Shown here in pieces: positions 1-12,395 of a stretch of 64,000 nucleotides of DNA. How positions within the stretch are numbered: the stretch's first letter is position 1; the number at the start of each line of letters is the position of its first letter. The position numbers and the translations under genes were made by a program. The stretch comes from Eledone cirrhosa. Its lineage: Eukaryota. The DNA lies in the NCBI GenBank assembly GCA_964016885.1, contig OZ024758.1, positions 6,200,001 through 6,264,000 on the forward strand, given 5' to 3'. The notes beneath the pieces were generated by a model. That model was not told the origin of the DNA and did no database searches. It saw only the letters and a program-made list of their open reading frames with translations.

Positions 1-610
<610 letters not shown>

Positions 611-1058
611 TGCCAGTGTGCGTGCGCATGAGCATATATGCATATATGAGCTCTTACATTCCCTGTCATCTATGCATATTTCCTACATATATGCATGAAT
701 GCTTGGACTTCTATTCTACAGCTTCAAATGTAATATGTTAGAAAGGTTTTATCATATAAGCTAGAAAAGATTTTACTTATTATAAAGCGCTATAAAACCC
801 CTTAACTACAACTCCGTTTCTACAAGTTGTGTCACGTATGACTTCTGTACGAACATAAAACAATCTCAAGATAAAACAGAAGGGATGTCAGAATAATTAC
901 TAATAATACAAGAGGTGAGTTTATGGTTTTAAGAAGAAAAAACATTGCTTATTATATTTCCGTTACAGTCACATAGCTTCTGTATTGATAAGTTATACTA
1001 GATTCAATGGAATATACAGGCATATTGAGAACTTGAGACTTGCAGTGTGTAGCACCAT

Positions 1059-1153
1059 GTCTTCTTCTTCTTCTTCTTCTTCTTCTTCTTCTTCTTCTTC
1101 TTCTTCTTCTTCTTCTTCTTCTTCTTCTTCTTCTTCTCCCCCTCCTCCTTCTT
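1059..1153. repeat. (TCT)n/(CCT)n microsatellite
   Basis: Direct trinucleotide repeat. Confidence 0.95.
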
Positions 1154-1162
1154 CGTTCGTTC

Positions 1163-1245
1163 GTTCATAAGCTGAATAGTCCATAGGCTGTCCAAGATAC
1201 TCTCATGGAATGACCAAATGAGGTATATTTTTCAACATAGTCCCT
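1163..1245 (+). mobile_element. Dispersed repeat end, probably Tc1/mariner-type terminal fragment
   Basis: ttcataagctgaatagtccataggctgtccaagatactctcatggaatg...tttttcaacatagtcc recurs inverted at ~32638-32726; class assignment is from recall only. Confidence 0.5.
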
Positions 1246-1680
1246 AGAAAGAAACAATGCAGTTATTAATAAAACGAGTTGAAATTAATGCAAACAAGAT
1301 TTCAAAGCTCTAACATCACTGCTCCTCCATCGAAGGTGAAACATACATTTTGCTTTTTCTAATGGCTAGAACATATGCGGCTCGCCACACCTGCATACTC
1401 CTAGATTTCTCCGCTAACTGGAACTGTTGTTATTGTTAAGGAGAAGGAATCACTAAATATTCCAGCCATGTCCATTCAGTCTTTTTTTCCTACCTATTAC
1501 TGCCATGTCTACATTATGTAATGTACGCGAGATTTCCTTTTTGAAGACGTTAAGACGGTAAGGTGTGACGCGATTTGAGAGAGATTTGGATGCTAAAACA
1601 AGTAGGTCTACCAATCACTACTAATACAATGTGATTTATGAATAAATATAAAATATACAGAGCCTCATTTGTACTAATTA

Positions 1681-1826
1681 CCATATTTCCCGGCGTCGAA
1701 GACGCTTCGTCCTCGAAGACACACCGTAATTTTGACAACCAAAAATTTGAAAAAAAAGGACACATGATAGATTTTTGAGACTTATTTTTAGGAAAAAAAT
1801 AGCGTCATCGATGCCGGGAAATACGG
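1681..1826. mobile_element. MITE, pogo/Tigger-like, with TIRs and TA target-site duplication
   Basis: 5' ccatatttcccggcgtcgaagacgc pairs with 3' gcgtcatcgatgccgggaaatacgg; TA at 1679-1680 and 1827-1828. Confidence 0.85.
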
Positions 1827-2197
1827 TAGATTTTTTTCTCATATATTCATCCCAATATCAAAGCGTTGTAATGGGATGTGAAGTAAACTTAGTTGTTATT
1901 TCTAGCAGCTGATACAATCCCTTAGTGGTATACAAAATAAAGCTATCGTTGTGCGATGTTTTCTATTGGAGAATAAAGCAATGTAGTGCTGTATAGTGTT
2001 GTGCTGTTATGATTTCATGACTGAATAGTTAAGTCGTTCGCCTTATAATTATGAGGTCAAACATTCGATGTTACAACGTGACACTTCGGACAAGTATCTT
2101 TTACTATAATCTCGAGTTGAACAGAGAATTGTGAATAAAACTGGTTAGACGGAAAATGTGGAAGCTCGCCATATAGACTGTAGCTATAATTGACATG

Positions 2198-2484
2198 GTG
2201 GAGCCACGTGGCCGAGTGGTAAGGGTGTTGCTCTTGCGATCATAACGTCGTGAGTTCGGTTCCTGGGTTGCGTGTTGTCTTCTTGAGCAAAACACTTTAT
2301 TTCATGTTGCTCCAGTATACTCACTTGAATATGAGAACCAGATATAGTTAATAGCTGGGGGTTTAACCCTGTCATAGACTGGCATCCTGTCCAGGGGGGA
2401 AGTCTTGTAATCCCAGTCGCTCCACGCCATGAAACCGGGATAAGCACCGGCCAAATGAGCCTTCTGGCTTAAGACAGACTTTAG
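2198..2484 (+). mobile_element. tRNA-derived SINE family B (CORE/V-domain-like body), full length
   Basis: A box tggccgagtgg, B box gagttcggttcc, body cttgagcaaaacactttatttc...gactggcatcctgtccagggg...ttaagacagactttag; close copy at 47121-47375. Confidence 0.85.
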
Positions 2485-3174
2485 ATAATTTACATGACCA
2501 GATTTGTAACACATCGTGTCGCATTGATACAGTCAGAAAATTATTTAGAATACTCAGCTACTAACACACCAATACAATACATAGATTGTTCAGTTGATCG
2601 GACAAATAGAAGACATACAATTGAAACCAATGGCAGAGCCATTTATTATTTATTTACCAATGTGTTTCTGCTTCAGTTTCTGCATGAAGGCTGCTATAAT
2701 AGTTTTCTATATAATCTATTTTAATATTTCTATAATAATTAGTTGATTTCTCTCTTGCTAAATGATGGCTTCGCTAGTATCCTGATTAAGGATATCTTGC
2801 TCCATTCATTTATAAATGAAACTCCACAGGAAGGGTTCATATCGGCAACTTTAGACAATGAAACATTCATCATTCTCAACACCCGAAACAACCGAATCAA
2901 TCAAATTTTTATATTAACTGTTAAAATTATTCCTTCCGTATTTGATTAATTCTACCGAAACATAAATGTATGGATTTTACTGCAGTTGTCAAACTAAGTC
3001 TAACTAACATTCAGACTAACAAATATGGCGGTGTGATCTAGACGGTCACTACGCAACCACTTGATTCTAGTTTCGATCTCATTTCATAGCAGTTTGAACA
3101 GGTGGCTTCTATAAATATGTTCGGTTTGACCAATGACATAGATGGGAAATGCTCGGCTTGTATATATACACATG

Positions 3175-3803
3175 ATGATGGCTGCCCCCTCGTTATCGAG
3201 TATGGTCATTGCACGATATACCATTATTAATAATTATTAATTAATTCTATCGTGCAATGTCTGTGGGTAAATATATTTTTTAAAGTGAGGAAAGACTGTG
3301 CACTGAGCCAATCCCACTCTCTGAGCGACAGTAGCTATAACCTGAAAAGAAGAAAAGATCAACATCATCGGTAACTACTGAACCGCAGGTTTTATATCGG
3401 AGTTATCCCAGTTTCCTGAGTTGCCTTCTCCTAGAAGAATATCCTGACAAAGGCTAGGGGTCCTTCACTCCCAGTGGTTTAACCGCGCGATCGGGTGCCC
3501 AGCTCGACTATTTCTATGTCCCCACGCATATACATACACATGCACCCATGTATATGCACATATACATATACATACATATGTACATGTGTATATACATATT
3601 TACACACTTTTGGATGGCCGTTGACTCTTATGAGTTCTTCAGCCCTTTGTCAGGTTTTGGGTTTTGTCCTGTAGGGTGTCCAAAATCACCCTCCTCACCA
3701 AGTAAACTTGGTGGGGTTGCCGGTTTAGTCGCTGACGACCCGACCATGCGACAGGTTGTACTGGTTTACATGTTACCAGTAGCACTCAAGAGTGACCCGA
3801 CAT
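3175..3803. mobile_element. Dispersed repeat, possibly RTE-LINE-related, interrupted by (CA/TA)n
   Basis: Colinear similarity to 19027-19630; 3609-3803 closely matches 19442-19630. Confidence 0.65.
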
Positions 3804-4095
3804 ACATATACATACATACATATACATATATACATATATATATATACATAGTACATACACATATACTTACATACGCTCATACACACATACAGCCATACTT
3901 ACATATATACATACATACGCACATACACACATACAGCCATCCATAAATACGCACATACACACATACATACATACACACATACACACATACACGCACATAC
4001 ATACATACATACATACATACATACATACATACATACATACATACATACATACATACATACACACATAATATCTACAAAATACATACATAATACAT
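3803..4095. repeat. (CATA)n/(CA)n microsatellite
   Basis: Direct repeat. Confidence 0.95.
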
Positions 4096-4500
4096 GTTAG
4101 ATATCCGCCCACATATATCTAATCAGTTTAAATGTACTCTAGAGCCTGGTATATAGAACCATATACAGTTAAGTGGTCAAAACAAGCGAAAGACAGAGAC
4201 AGGGACAAATAAAAAAGAAATGAGAAAGACAACGGGATACAGAAATGTATAAATGAGACTTTAAAAAGGTGACAAAGGTAAGTTTTAGTGTTTTAAAGCA
4301 GTTAAAAGTTTCTGATGTTGAATCTTTTCCTAATCTTCGTGTACTGAAAAACCTTGGTTATAGTTGCTAGATATTTGACAATTTGTACTTCCAATCTTGT
4401 TGGCTTTTATAAGATAAGCTTCAATATGTACCCTTCCCCCCCCCTCCCCCCCTTTCACCCTCCCCCCACTCTATCTCTCTCTCTTTTGGTAGTTTTTACG

Positions 4501-4784
4501 TAGAATACGCATTATAAAATCAGAATTGAATTGTGTGAGCTCCGAGCTGTATCCAAAGGAATTATAACAACATTAAGCTAATGGCATGACCTAATTGCTG
4601 CTCTTCTAATTTCTGCACTTCGGTTTGCTGTCGATCCCGGAACAGGAATTAGGTCATTATACGTTCAATGATCTTTGATAGGTTTGAATAATTGAAGTCA
4701 TTTCATTGACTTAACGTTGGTAATTCCTTTAGAAACAGCTCGGAGTTCACACCATTCTATTGTGATTTTATAATATGTATTCTA
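4501..4784. mobile_element. Fold-back element/MITE with ~90-bp imperfect TIRs
   Basis: tagaatacgcattataaaatcagaattgaat...ctccgagctgtatccaaaggaatta pairs with taattcctttagaaacagctcggag...ttttataatatgtattcta. Confidence 0.75.
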
Positions 4785-4791
4785 GTGAATA

Positions 4792-4879
4792 TGGAGAGGC
4801 GCATGGCTTAGTGATTAGAGAAGTGGGCTTCAAACGGGTAGGATATGAGTTCGATTCTCGGACCGGGTGATGTGTTGTA
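4792..4879 (+). mobile_element. tRNA-derived SINE head (family C), 3' truncated
   Basis: ggcgcatggcttagtg...gagttcgattctcggaccgggtgatgtgttgt matches the head of the 8812-9053 element. Confidence 0.75.
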
Positions 4880-4884
4880 TAGAA

Positions 4885-5300
4885 GTGGAGACTTCTGGTG
4901 TCCTTGGCCCTAGGACCACCTCCCTACTCACCACCATCGGCAGGGAGTTGGCTACCCGTAGCAGTGGAGACTTCTGGTGTCCTTGGCCCTAGGACCACCT
5001 CCCTACTCACCACCATCGACAGGGAGTTGGCTACCCGTAGCAGTGGAGACTTCTGGTGTCCTTGGCCCTAGGACCACCTCCCTACTCACCACCATCGGCA
5101 GGGAGTTGGCTACCCGTAGCAGTGCAGACTTCTGGTGTCCTTGGCCCCCGGTCCACCTCTCTACTCACCACCATCGGCACGGAGATGGCTACCCGCAGGT
5201 GTGAGCCTCGCGAGCTGGAATGATTCTTCAAACGCGTCTCCCTCACCACCTTCCCGGGGAAACGCCTCCTCTATTCTTTTCGCCGGGACCGCGATCCGAC
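4885..5300 (+). pseudogene. CRE-clade non-LTR retrotransposon C-terminal RLE endonuclease remnant with a 79-bp segment amplified 4x
   Basis: Reads PVAVETSGVLGPRTTSLLTTIGRELATR..EPRE...KRVSLT..(R)GNASSIL across frameshifts, like the CRE motif P.avEtlG.wGp...lgr...qRGNa..i; units start at 4885, 4964, 5043, 5122. Confidence 0.7.
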
Positions 5301-5485
5301 CAACGCATGAGCCCCCATTTACATATATTAGTGAGAAAGGGGGAGAGACGGAAACAGTGAGTGAGTGAGAGAGAGAGAACATCAACACTTATTACTTATT
5401 TATTTATTTGTATTTACCTGTATGAAAGATTTTATTTTAAATATAAACATTTTAAACAGCAATAGTTGTAGCCCCAAAACACGAA

Positions 5486-5527
5486 AACAACAACAACAAC
5501 AACAACAACAACAAAAGCAACAACAGC

Positions 5528-5560
<33 letters not shown>

Positions 5561-5649
5561 AACAACAATGACAACAACAACAACAATAGCAGCAGCAGCA
5601 ACAACGACAACAACGCCACCATCACCACAAACAACAACAACAGCAACAA

Positions 5650-5681
<32 letters not shown>

Positions 5682-6590
5682 ACAACAACAGCAACAACAA
5701 CAACAGCAACAACAACAGCAACAACAACAGTTACAACAGCAGCAGCAACAACAACAGCAACAACACCAGCAACAACAACAACAGCAACAACAACAGCAAC
5801 AACAACAACAGCAACAACAACGCCACCATCACCACAAACAACAACAACAACAACAGCAACAACAACAACAGCAGCAACAACAGCAGCAACAACAACAGTA
5901 ACAACAGCAGCAGCAACAACAACAGTAACAACAACAGCAACAGCAACAACAACAACAACAACAACAGCAACAACAACAACAGCAACAACAACAGTAACAA
6001 CAACAGCAACAGCAATAACAACAATAACAACAATAACAACAACAATAGCAGCAGCAACAACGACAACAACGCCACCATCACCACAAACAACAACAACAGC
6101 AACAACAGCAGCAACAACAACAGCAACAACAACAGCAACAACAACAACAGCAACGACAACAGCAACAATAACAGCAACAACAACAACAGCAACAACAACA
6201 ACAACAACAGCAACAACAACAGCAACAACAACAACAGCAACAACAACAACAACAACAACAGCAACAATAACAACAACAACAACAATAGCAGCAGCAACAA
6301 CAACGACAACAACGCCACCATCACCACAAACAACAACAACAACAACAGCAACAACAACAGCAGCAACAACAGCAGCAACAACAACAGTAACAACAACAGC
6401 AGCAACAACAACAGTAACAACAACAGCAACAGCAACAACAACAATAACAACAACAGCAACAACAGCAGCAACAACAACAGTAACAACAACAGCAACAGCA
6501 ACAACAACAACAACAACAACAGCAACAACAACAGTAACAACAACAGCAACAGCAACAACAACAATAACAACAAGAGCAACAACAACAACC
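5486..6590. repeat. (CAA/CAG)n compound repeat with higher-order cgccaccatcaccacaa units
   Basis: Marker motif at ~5614, 5821, 6070, 6313; yields a Thr-rich 343-aa ORF. Confidence 0.9.
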
Positions 6591-6816
6591 AAAACATAGT
6601 TACAGACTTTGAAGGCCTTCCTGCCTTGTCTATTCCTTCTCTCTATTGGTTGACATATTTAGATAATTAAGGTTAAGCTGCTCTCTACTGAACTCTATAA
6701 CTTTTATTATAGAAGGACACATACTATGCTCTGGCTAATTACCTTACTAATTACCTTACTAATTACATTACAAATGGATTTGGTATTAAATGAATTGGAG
6801 AGAACAAGGAATTATT

Positions 6817-7001
6817 GTGGATTGGCAGTATCGGTAGAGGGTCGGACACCATGCTTTCTAGCATAGTTACGTCCCTTTACAGTCTGAGTTCAAATCCCGC
6901 CGAGATTAACTTTGCCTTTCATCCTTATGGGGTCGATAAAATAAAGTACCAGTAATGTACTGGAATAATTGCTGGCCTTGTGCCAAAAGTAGAAACAATT
7001 A
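6817..7001 (+). mobile_element. tRNA-derived SINE family A (Nin/Deu-domain-like)
   Basis: A box tggcagtatcgg, B box gagttcaaatccc, gcctttcatccttacggggtcgataaaataaagtaccag core, tail gccttgtgccaaaagtagaaacaatta. Confidence 0.9.
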
Positions 7002-7124
7002 TTTAAAATATATATGTTCAGTGTTAAGTGTATTTCCTGCTACATTTTTATGCAGGGAATCAAGCATGGGGCCAGCATCTTCATTGCACTATTTGCCTCT
7101 TGGTCACAGACACAGTTCCACAAT

Positions 7125-7412
7125 GTGTCCGAACGTGGAAGAGCCAAACTCCCACTGTCATCACCTCCATCTCTCTCACCCTCCCCATCTCTCTTGTATA
7201 CCAGGTCTGGACACAGAGGAGCCAAACTCCCATTGTCATCATCTCCATCTCTCTTGCCCTGCCCATCTCTCTCATGTACACCAGGTCCGAACACAGAGGA
7301 GCCAAACACCCACTGTCATCACCTCCATCTCTCATGTACACCAGGTCCGAACACAGAGGAGCCAAACACCCACTGTCATCACCTCCATCTCTCTCCTCCT
7401 CCCCATCTCTCT
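7125..7412. repeat. Minisatellite, ~60-78 bp unit, 4 copies
   Basis: ccaggtccgaacacagaggagccaaacacccactgtcatcacctccatctctc repeated. Confidence 0.9.
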
Positions 7413-7856
7413 GTATTATGAGCTAAGTTGTTATTGAATACCGAACACAAATGGTTTCATTTATTGAATTTCCCCCTGAGCTGAAGCATTTCACGAAATT
7501 AACTTTAAGTAATTTACATATTTAGGGAAAGGTCTCCCGATCTTTGCTTAAAGGAAAGGAACTACTAATGGCACATGTTTCTGTCTATTAGATCTCATCT
7601 GCGGAATACAATTTAACCGAGCTTCCAGATTATTGGGTAGATTTTCAAGTATATAGAAAAACTGATTTACGTATATATTTGAGTAGAATATTTTCCTAAT
7701 TAAAATGATAGAGTCAATAAAAATAGACGAATTGCCGCTAGGTTTTTGGTGTGTTTCAATCTCACCTGGAATTTTCAATAAATTAGAAAGTTTTGTTTCT
7801 TAGCGCACATCACAATTTAAATTAGTTATCCAAATTTATGCCAATAGCATATACAT

Positions 7857-7907
<51 letters not shown>

Positions 7908-8524
7908 TGTGTGTGTATAATATACTTATATGCTTGTATATAAAACTATATACATATGTAGATGTAGATGTATGCATGTGTGGTTACTAATCAAATTTCG
8001 TGTGCTCGGTAAATGGAAAAGATTTTGGCATTCTTTAGGATTGTAGCTAGTTTCTATTATACAAAGCCAGAGCATTGTTTCCAGCCACTAATGTACGATG
8101 TACTTATTTGTCATACTATTATATACGTTGAAGTTGGTGTAATGATAACTTTGTTAGAGGTCGGATAGTGTTGCCTTGAAGTAGTTCCAGATCTTTGCGC
8201 TCTACTTTGAAGTCTTGGTGAGGTTAATTTTGCCTTTCATTCTTTCTGAGTTGATAAATATATAACTGATTCAGTATTGAGAGAGATACTTCGTCTCATT
8301 TTATCACCCTCTCTTTCCCATAATCTCTCTCTTCCTTAATCTTTCTCTCTCCCCTAATCACCATATCTTCCCTAAACTCTGTCTCTTCCCTAATTACTAT
8401 CAATTCCCTAATATTTTGCCCTCATTTAATCTCTCCCTCTCTCCTAATCTCTCTCTGTCTCTCTCCTCTAATCTATCCTGGATTGTATCTGTCATTCAAA
8501 AGTCAAGCCTTGACTCACAGTCTT

Positions 8525-8770
8525 GCTTAGATTCTGTCTGAGAATTACAATAGCTGCCCGTGGAATGCGCAGCTACGTACATGTTAATTTCTTGCCAGTC
8601 CATCGCAGGGTTAAACTCCCAGCAATTGCTGAGATGGAACGTATACTGGAACAACATAAAATAAAGTGTTTTGCTCAAGAAAACAACACACAACCCAGTC
8701 CAGGAATCGAACCCACGACCTTATGATCGTAAGACCAACACCCTTAGCACAAAGCCATGCGCCTCGACAC
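8525..8770 (-). mobile_element. SINE family B, diverged
   Basis: Reverse-complement similarity to 2198-2484. Confidence 0.7.
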
Positions 8771-8811
8771 ATTGCATGGAAAATATTTATTCAATAGTGT
8801 GTGTGTGTGAC

Positions 8812-9053
8812 AGCTCACACCTATGTAGGTTTAGCTGGCCTCCTCCAAGGTATATCTCGTTGAAGGCGTCTTGGGTAATTTAATGATAGGGACCCCAGTC
8901 CCTATCATCTCATTTCTACAGCTGAGTAAACTGGAGCAATGTGAAATAAAGTGTCTTGCTCAAGGAAACAACACATCACCCGGTCCGAGAATTGAACTCA
9001 CAACCTTTCGATTGCAAGCCCAATGCTCTAACCACTAAGCCATGCGCCTTCAC
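8812..9053 (-). mobile_element. tRNA-derived SINE family C
   Basis: Near-identical to 16063-16307; tRNA head at right end (taaccactaagccatgcgccttcac). Confidence 0.85.
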
Positions 9054-9694
9054 ATTTATTCAATAGAACTAGCTTTAAATGCATTTGGTATTTATATATT
9101 TATTATTTTAATTTACTTCTTTAGTTTATTGTAAAGAAAGTTGACCTTGGAAGTTGACATCCTAGAGTGTTGGTCTCTTTTAATAACATCGACACCCAAC
9201 CCATACATGTTCCTTCAAAGTATATTCTGTGTTTCAATTTAAGTAGGTCAATCTTATATATACGTTTTCTAGCAGTAGTATGGAATTTTTGAAAGGGTTT
9301 AATCGACTAGACTCTAATGATCTGATTACTGCTTGAAGACATAGACTGCTGCCTGACTGAGAGTGACTGTATTGACTGGTAGTCTTATGAAGCCAGTATA
9401 TTGCAATATTAGATGACTATTAAATTAATACATTTTAATTCAAGTATTGCATTTTTTGCATATTTTTGCATATTTTTGATTTTTTCATTTTTTTTTAAAT
9501 TTCCTGTTTTTTTTCCTCATTGTGCATCGGATTGGAAGGAAAGGCTAACCGTTAGAGAACACGCCCATTGGCGTTTATTTACGCCTTTTTAAAGGTGAAT
9601 TGGCTGAATGGTTAGGGTTTTGTTCCGGCTTTCAGCACTCTGAGTTCAGATACCACCAAGACAAACCATGCCTTTCATTTTTTCGGCGTCGATA

Positions 9695-9812
9695 AATAGA
9701 TAGATAGATAAATAGATAGGTAGATAGATAGAGAGATAGATAAATAGATATATATATAGATAGCTAGATAGCTAGCTAGATAGATAGATAAATAGATAGA
9801 TAGATCGATAGA
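9695..9812. repeat. (GATA)n microsatellite following a diverged family A SINE (~9595-9695)
   Basis: Direct repeat. Confidence 0.85.
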
Positions 9813-10012
9813 GGCTGGGGTTGTTAAAGAGTCGGACAGGTCGTTTGCATGATTTTTTTAAAGAAAAAAAAAAACAGAATTTAAAAAAATAATTCTTTAG
9901 AAAATTTCAATTTACCACAAACATCACGTGGTGAGATCGAAAAACTGCCGAATGGATCCGAGAGAAAACAAAAGTTCGTGATATCTTAGAAATCATTAGC
10001 AAAGCAAACTGG

Positions 10013-10051
<39 letters not shown>

Positions 10052-10074
10052 TATATATATGTATATATATGAAA

Positions 10075-10323
10075 AGCTCGCCTAAGTCATCTAAGTGAAA
10101 TCTTTCTGATTTTTTTACCCCAAATTTTCAGTCGTAATTTATCTTTCTATCATTTTTACGATCGAGGAAAACATGTACGAATTCTGAAGGAACAAATCAA
10201 AACAACCTGAGTTTCCACCCTTTTTTTTTAATGTGGGCACGAATGTAAATTAGCGCTTGCGGCCCGTCTGATGATGAGCCATATCTCATGTGGCTCCTTC
10301 TAGAAAAATGTTGCCCATGCCTG
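10075..10323 (-). mobile_element. hAT-like non-autonomous element
   Basis: End gttgcccatgcctg (CAGGCATGGGCAAC-type TIR); homologous to 33446-33727. Confidence 0.75.
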
Positions 10324-10794
10324 TTCTAAACCGTTAGTAATAAATTAAGTAATAAAGTTGTACTTTTGAGAAGTTATATCTTAATACATTTTAAACATGG
10401 TTAATATGGTGAAATAGAACAATTGGTAGTCATAAATATTTAGTTTTATAGTATGCCGAAGAACGTATCATACTAGGTCTTTCAATATCGAGAGTGATTT
10501 TAGAATCAATATATATTTCTCATTCAAATAAATTTGATTCCATATTTCATGCTTCACGTTTATGGGATCAATAAAGTACTCAGTTTACAGCACCTCTTGT
10601 TCGGTGTGAGTTTATATCATATAACTTAGAGAATAACTTATTGATTTATAGAACAAAGAATAAATATGATTTAAAATGTAAGCTTAGGCAAGCGTGTCTT
10701 AACATATCTGCAATTATGAGCAAATAATAACCTCACCAGCATCGTTCATACAACCTTCAAACTACACAAACACTAGCATCACCCGTATAACAAG

Positions 10795-11014
10795 AATAAT
10801 GGGTTCATATATAGGCACAAGGTCAGCAATTTTTGGGGGGAGGGGAAAGTTAATAAAATCGACCCCAGTGCGTGACTGGTACTTTATTTTATCGACCCCG
10901 TAAGGATGAAAGGCAAAGTTAACCTCGGCGGGATTTGAACTCAGATCATAAATGGCCATAACTCTTTGCTGAAAAACATGGTGTCAGACCCTCTACCGTT
11001 ACTGCCAATCCACC
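10795..11014 (-). mobile_element. SINE family A (long-tail variant); partial head follows at ~11077-11180
   Basis: Reverse-complement of family A consensus. Confidence 0.88.
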
Positions 11015-11476
11015 GTCCGTTATGTAAATTAATAATGAAAAGTCATTTGCAGGAATTAATAGAAGAACTACAACAGAAAGTTAACCTCGGCGGGATTTGA
11101 ACAGAGATTGGGAAGGCCCGTAACTCTATGTTGTGAAGCATGTTGTCCGACGCTCTACCGATACTGCCAATCCACCACCCTGTATAACAAGAATCATCAA
11201 ATATCTTCGTGTCTTCTTTCACACTTCCTCATCTACCATCGACTACTAATACTAATTTTGATTAGGTACGAGGCTGTTTTTTCTTTGTAAAATAAAAACA
11301 CTATAGTGTTAGTAATTGTAAAAGAAGTAAAGCAATTTCGACATGGGAAAAATAAAAAAATATAGAAAACTGGATTAAATAATTTAAAGAATGCGACACT
11401 CAAGCATATAATCATATCTGTTATTAAATTGTCGCCATACATCTAATCAAAACACAAAACATTATTAGTTTTTTAG

Positions 11477-11660
11477 GGCGGTGGATTGGCAGTATCGGTA
11501 GAGGGTCGGACGTCATGTTTTGCAGCAAAGAGTTACGGCCTTTTCCATTCTGAGTTCAAATCCCGTCGAGGTTAACTTTCATCTTTACGGGGTCGATAAA
11601 ATAAAGTACCAGTCATACACTGGAATAATTGCTGGCCTTGTGCCAAACGTAGAAACAAAT
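11477..11660 (+). mobile_element. SINE family A
   Basis: Full A box/B box/core/tail. Confidence 0.9.
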
Positions 11661-12036
11661 TATTACTTTCTTTATGACTAGGAAAAAAGCCCTTCATTTA
11701 TTCGAAACGTTGGTGGAGGGGATGCAATTCATTGACTGTCTCATCTCTATGAGGTCAACTTTGTCTTTCAACAATCTAGGGTCAATGTAATTGACTTGCC
11801 TTTCCATCAAATTTCTGGTTTTGTGCCTACGTAAGACATTATTTATTGCTGCATTGAGAGAAACCCATGTATCGGTACAGTTTTCCAAGGGTAATGGGTA
11901 TGACTTTTGAGGAAAGTAAGGGACCAGATTCAACCAACTTTAACGCCTAGTTTGATGGTCTGTCACGATTCCCACATATATGGTGCTTTTGGTATGTGAG
12001 AGATGAGGATAATAAAAGAACTGATTACCATTAACT

Positions 12037-12067
<31 letters not shown>

Positions 12068-12091
12068 TAGTAGTAGTAGTAGTAGTAGTAA

Positions 12092-12139
<48 letters not shown>

Positions 12140-12172
12140 TAGTAGTAGTAGTAGTAGTAGTAGTAATAGTAA

Positions 12173-12228
<56 letters not shown>

Positions 12229-12395
12229 TAGTAATGGTAGTGATGTTGTTGGTGCTGGTGATAGTCGTAGTAGTAGTGGCGGTGGTGGTGGTAGTAGTAG
12301 TAGCAACAGCAGCAACAGTAGTAGTAGTGGTAGTAGTAGTAGTACGGGGAGGAGGAAGAGGAGGAGGAGGAGGAGGAGGAAGAGGTGGTGGCGGA
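12037..12395. repeat. (TAG)n / (GGA)n microsatellite
   Basis: Direct repeat. Confidence 0.95.

Noticed and set aside
3609-3803. HDV-like ribozyme in the putative RTE-related repeat
   Set aside because: Hairpins are present, but I could not build a consistent P1/P2/P1.1 double pseudoknot
6817-6905. SINE heads as tRNA genes
   Set aside because: No complete cloverleaf; always fused to a SINE body
10268-10308. ctgatga inside the hAT-like MITE
   Set aside because: No correctly placed GAAA or stems
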